Positions 58,991 through 64,000 of a stretch of 64,000 nt of DNA are shown here, one piece after another. Source of the DNA: Octopus sinensis (Eukaryota); contig NW_021833228.1 in NCBI RefSeq assembly GCF_006345805.1, positions 1-64,000 on the forward strand, read 5' to 3'. Position numbers and translations under genes: made by a program. Within the stretch, counting starts at the first letter, position 1; each line of letters starts with the position of its first letter. The notes beneath the pieces were generated by a model. That model saw only the letters and a program-made list of their open reading frames with translations, was not told the origin of the DNA and made no database searches.

Positions 58991-61900
58991 GGTCCTCTCA
59001 TGCACAGCACACTTCCATAGGACTCGGTCTTCAGTCATTTCCTTGGTGAGACCTAAAGTTCGAAGGTCATGCTTCACCACCTCGTCCCAGGTTTTCCTGG
59101 GTCTACCTCTTCCACAGGTTCCCTCAACTGCTAGGGTGTAGCACTTTTGCACACAACTATCTTCAGCCATTCTCGTCACATGACCATACCAGCGCAGCCG
59201 TCTCTCTTGCACACCACAACTGACACTTCTTAGGTTCAACTTTTCTCTCAAAGTACTTACACTCTGACGATTATGAACACTGACATTACACATCCATCGG
59301 AGCATACTGGCTTCATTTCTTGCAAGCTTACGCATATCCTCAGCTGTCACGGCCCATGTTTCACTACCATGTAGCATGGCTGTACGTACACACGCATCAT
59401 ATAGTCTGCCTTTTACTCTTAGCGAGAGGCCTTTTGTCACCAGCAGGGGTAAGAGCTCTCTAAACTTTGCCCAGGCTATTCTTACTCTAGCAGTTACACT
59501 TTCAGCACACCCACCCCCGCTACTGACTTGGTCTCCTAGGTAGCGGAAGCTATCAACTACTTCTAGTTTGTCTCCCTGGAACGTGGTAGAAGTTGGTCTC
59601 TGCACATTTCCAGTGTTTATTTCTCCTGAGCATCTGCCACAGACAAAAACTATTTTCTTAGTTAGCCTTCCTTTGACATTGCTGCACCTCTTATGTGTCC
59701 ATAGCTTACACTTGGTGCACCTTATAGAGTTTCTACCTACCTTTTTTACAGATCGAGCAGGGCCATCTACCTGAAGTCGTTTGTGGTTGGTCCACCTTCC
59801 TACTTATTAGGACTTGGTTTTGGCTAGGTTGATTCTAAGGCCCTTCGATTCTAATCCTTGTTTCCACACCTGAAACTTCTCCTCCAGTTCTGATAGTGAC
59901 TCAGCAATTAGAGCAAGGTCATCAGCATATAGGAGCTCCCAGGGGCATCCTGTCTTAAATTCTTCCGTTATTGCCTGGGGGACTATGATAAATAGGAGGG
60001 GGCTGAGGACTGAACCTTGGTGGACCCCAACCTCTACCGGAATTCTTCACTGTACTCGTTGCCAACCCTCACCTTACTAGCTGCGTCTCTGTACATGGCT
60101 CGCACAGCTCTCACTAACCATTCATCTATCCCTAGTTTCCTCATTGACCACCAGATAAGGGATCGGGGGACCCTGTCAAAGGCTTTCTCTAAGTCAACAA
60201 AAGCCAGGTACAAGGGCTTACCTTTGGCTAGGTATTTCTCCTGCAGCTGTCTTACCAGGAATATAGCATCAGTAGTACTTTTCCCTGGCACGAACCCAAA
60301 CTGCATATCATCTAAGCTAACTCTCTCTCTAATTAACTGGGCTATAACCCTCTCCGTAACCTTCATTACCTGATCCAACAGCTTGATGCCCCTGTAGTTA
60401 TTGTATCTAGGGCATCGCCTTTACCTTTGTAGCAGTTGACTATATGCTGCTACACCAGTCATTGGGTATGACTCCTTCGTGTATCACCTGGTTAACTATA
60501 CGGGTGACTATGCTATAGCCGACACTACCAGATATTTTGAGCATCTCTGCAGTAAATCCTGATGGGCCTGGGGCTTTCCTTGTCTTCATGCTTCTAATTG
60601 CCTTAGCTACCACGGAACTATCAACTTGGATAGCTGGTCCCTCTGTTGGGTCAACATTCGGCAGACTCTCTTTATCCCATTCATTTTCCTCATTCAGCAA
60701 CCTTTCATAGTGGCGTCTCCAAGCTTCTCTCTTTGCATCCTCATTTAGCGCAAGTGAACCATCCTCCATGCGAACACATTTCTCTCCTACCACATCTCGA
60801 TTCTCTCTCACACACTGTCTTGCAACACGAAATACCTCAAGTCTTTCATCCTCACGGCGCAGGACATTGGCAAATTTTCTTTTATCTGCTTCCCCTCTGG
60901 CTAGATAGACCTGTCTCCTAGCTTCCCTTCTGGCAGTCTGATACACTTCCCTGCTACCACCGTTCTTCCAGGCCTTCCAAGCCTGTTTCTTTGTCAATAT
61001 AGCCCTATCAACAATATTGTTCCACCACCATGTTTTTGGGTCTTAAGGGGACTTTGCACCAGCCACAGATCTGGTCAGCGGCTTTCAGCAGGTTGTCCCT
61101 CAGAAACGTCCAGTTGTCTTCTACCCCATGTGTAGCTATACCCCCTTCCACTTCGTCAAAGGCTTCAAGTAACATATCTCTAAATCTGTCCATTCGCAGG
61201 GTCTTTAAGCTTCCAGACCCTTCTTCTCCATGTGGTCGTCTTCTAGTCGCCCTCTTAGTCCTGATCCTAAAGTCACTAACTACCAGTCTATGTTGGGGGT
61301 GCATTCTTCGCCTGGGAAGGTTTTGGCATTTATAAGCAGCCATCTTTCCCTTTTTCTGGCGAGGATGTAGTCGATTTGGCTAGTGTGCCGGCCCGATCGG
61401 TAGGTGACCAGGTGGCTTGTGGTTTCCTGAAGTTAGTGTTGCAGATCATAAGACTATTCGATCGCAGAACTCCAGCAGCTGGTTCCCTCCTCGTTGCGGG
61501 AACCATAACCGTAGCCTCCATGCACGCCATGGAAGCCCCCAGCATGTCGTCCAAATGCCCATTGAAATCACCAGCCACAAAGAGAAGGTCCCTGTCGTTC
61601 GTCAATGAGGTGGTCTGCAGTAGGGTGTCATAGAAACTGTCTTTCTGTCCATCGGGTAGCCCTGGCTGAGGGGCATAGGCTGATATAATGGTTGCTAATC
61701 TATTATGAAGCACTATTCTAATCTTAAGTATTCTGTCACTTACTCTGATTACCTCAATTACTCTATCTATCCATTTCTCAGCGATAAGTATACCCACGCC
61801 ACCAACCCCGTCAGTGTTCCCTGCCCAGAAAATCTTGTACCTGTGTTCCTTGCCTGTGAGAACCTAGCAGATCCTCCTCTCCACCTTATTTCTTGCATAC

Positions 61901-62045
61901 AACATACGTCAACACGTCTCCGTTCAAGCATCTCGACTATCTCGCCAGACCTACCTTTCAGTGTGCCAGCGTTGAGGGTGCCCACCCTGAGGGGGTGGAA
62001 GGAATTGACCCGAGAGGCCCAGGGCGGGGAGAGCAGTGCCGTCAT
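58979..62045 (-). pseudogene. RTE APE-RT polyprotein (~1020 aa) broken by small indels
   Basis: ORF pieces 61767-62075, 61330-61797, 61008-61343, 60440-60997, 60034-60378, 58979-59605; YADD near 59920-59935. Confidence 0.9.
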
Positions 62046-62629
62046 GTACCTGAAAAGAGAAGAGAAAACTCGCATTTGGCAGAATTCATAAGCAAAGCAA
62101 TGAACTTAAGTTCAACCTGTTACACTGCACTAACATGTTTTTGCGCCGTATGGTCACCACCATATATAGAAGGGGTGGTATTGGTTTAAGGCCTTTAGGT
62201 GTTCATGGAAGAAAAGCAAAGGAAGGCAAGGTGAGATAAGGACTTCCGGTACTGGTGGGGAGGGCGGGCGCACTGCGCACTGGGAGAAGACGAGATTTAG
62301 GCGGCAGTAAGAAAGGCAAGATTTGAGATGGAAAGGTTTGCGGTCGTGTGCATAATTTTCTATGAGTGTAAGTTGGGAAAGATGGGTTAGAGAATTAAGC
62401 GACAGAAAGACCAGATTTGAGACGAGATGTTTTTTTTTTTTTTTTTTTGCGGTCGTGTGAATAAGTTTTTGTGAGCGAAAGTTTATATGCTTCAGCTAGC
62501 ATTTGAGACGAAGGATAATGATAATATATGGGGGACACAATAATAAGGCTTGATGGTGATAATAATACTTGCAAAAACAATGAAAGAGGGACAGGTCGTG
62601 AACTTAAATATGACTTAGCTGATATTATT

Positions 62630-63124
62630 CATCATCCTGCGGTTCGTAGTTCGTGTGTTATAGCCAGGAGGAAAGCAATCCTCTGATAACTCAAAGATGG
62701 TGATTCAACAATTTCCCCATCACTGCTGTAGATATATCTGCGATGTTTTTTCTCAGTTTTGCTGGTTGCAGGTCTACCAGAAGGTTTGTCAATATCAACA
62801 TTTTTCAGCCATCTTGGAAACATCTGAACTACTCGTACACTTGTGTGGTTCATACACACTTCTCCATACACTTTCTGCAACTTTGCGCAGCCCTCTGAGC
62901 AGTTATCACCATGACAACTTTCTCTACCATGGTCAATGAGACAATCACACGCCACACACCTTCCTTCCAAGCAGTGCTGTGAACAGTGGAAGTAAGCTAG
63001 AACGTTAAAACTTAGTGCACTTGCACAGCAGAGTTCAAGGTCCATCTGTGCCAAGTGGCATCACTCTGTATACTTTAGCTTTGTTACTATGGCAACAGTC
63101 CAGATACTTATTGATCAAACCTCG
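62630..63124 (-). mobile_element. Tc1/mariner 5' remnant (same family as 56092)
   Basis: TA|CGAGGTTTGATCAATAAGTATCTGGAC; KLQKVYGEVCMNHTSV...KPSGRP. Confidence 0.82.
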
Positions 63125-63144
63125 TACACACACACACACACACT

Positions 63145-63340
63145 TTTTTTTTACTTGTCTTAGTCATTAAACTGTGGCCTTGCTGGGGCAATACCTTGAA
63201 TTTTTAGTTTAATTTATCAATTCCAATACTTATTTTTTAAAGGTTAGTACTTATTCTGTTGGTCAGTTTTGCCAAACTGCTAAGTTATGGGGACACACAC
63301 CAACACTGGTTGTCAAGCAGTAGTGGGAGACAAACACAAA
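63145..63340 (-). mobile_element. SINE 3' fragment
   Basis: tttttacttgtcttagtcatt...ggttgtcaagc. Confidence 0.65.
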
Positions 63341-63356
63341 TAGATATATACATCTG

Positions 63357-63663
63357 TGTTAAAAAACACCATCCAAATGTGGTTGATGCCAGGGCTGCCT
63401 GACTAGCTACCGTGCTGGTGGCACATAAAAAGCACCATCCGAACGTGATTGTTGCCAGGCCTGCTTGACTAGCTCCTGTGCCAGTAGCATGTAAAAGGCA
63501 CTCACTACACTCTCAGATGGATGGCATTAGGAAGAGCATCCAGCTGTAGAAACATTGCCAAATCAGATTGGTGCCTGGTGCAGCCACTGGCTCTCCAGAC
63601 CTCAATCAAACCATCCAACCCATGCCAGCATGGAAAACAGACATTAAATGATGATGATGATGA
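63357..63663 (+). mobile_element. RTE 3'UTR fragment, diverged
   Basis: ggcattaggaagagcatccagctgtagaaac...ccatgccagcatgg...(GAT)n. Confidence 0.85.
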
Positions 63664-64000
63664 AGTATAAGAGGGGAGTGAAATAGGTGAGGCGGTGACA
63701 GCCAGAAATGGATGAAGATGGCAGACTTTGCCCTAAGCTTGGAAAAGAAATAGCAAGGAGTAACGATTGCAACAAGAAATAACGATCCAATTCGTGACAT
63801 ATGTAGGATTGATCTACAATTCTTCTGTGCATTGTAACCAGCCTATGTTCCTTTCACTGTGGTATAGAGTATCCAAAGGAAGAATTTGGAGGTGTTCTGT
63901 TTTGTCATTGATATTGCAGCATAAGACAGGATTAATTTTTTATGGGTGCCCATCTATCGTTAACGCTCCTGTTAAATTTGATGTATTACTGAACCGAGAT

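Larger units (their letters stand above)
56521..62330 (-). mobile_element. Near full-length RTE LINE (PHD family) with expanded 3'UTR
   Basis: ATG at 62045 to stop at 58979 covering APE-RT-PHD-thumb in several frames; leader with ETS/TATA-like motifs; (CAT)n tail at 56521. Confidence 0.92.

Overview
This is an AT-rich, (TA)n-riddled animal genomic window made almost entirely of transposable elements. The SINE and RTE families and the C2H2 gene type point to an octopus/coleoid cephalopod; this is inference from recalled repeat sequences, not a database search. Only one convincing host gene piece is present: an 8-finger C2H2 zinc-finger exon (34220-34900, minus). 1-10.4 kb is a nest of L1/Tx1-group elements. 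It holds one near-complete ORF1+ORF2 element and three copies of a ~1.7-kb element that encodes only an ORF1/Gag-like protein, has its own 3' end, and shares a 3'-terminal motif with the autonomous element (a HAL1/HeT-A-like partnership). Two diverged Penelope-like elements (Naiad-type motifs) each carry a type I hammerhead ribozyme and unusually long Asn-rich RT-endonuclease linkers. A third hammerhead lies in a small direct-repeat-flanked unit. A head-to-tail trimer of non-autonomous Helitrons has exact CTAG|TC junctions. Many copies of an RTE LINE have a PHD finger inserted inside the reverse transcriptase; their 5' region has ETS/TATA motifs and a splice acceptor just before the ATG, and one copy has a satellite-like expanded 3'UTR. 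BovB-like RTEs, mariner remnants, tRNA-derived SINEs and microsatellites fill the rest. Many frameshifts are 1-nt homopolymer losses and may be assembly errors. All alignments, folds and boundaries were read by eye and are approximate.
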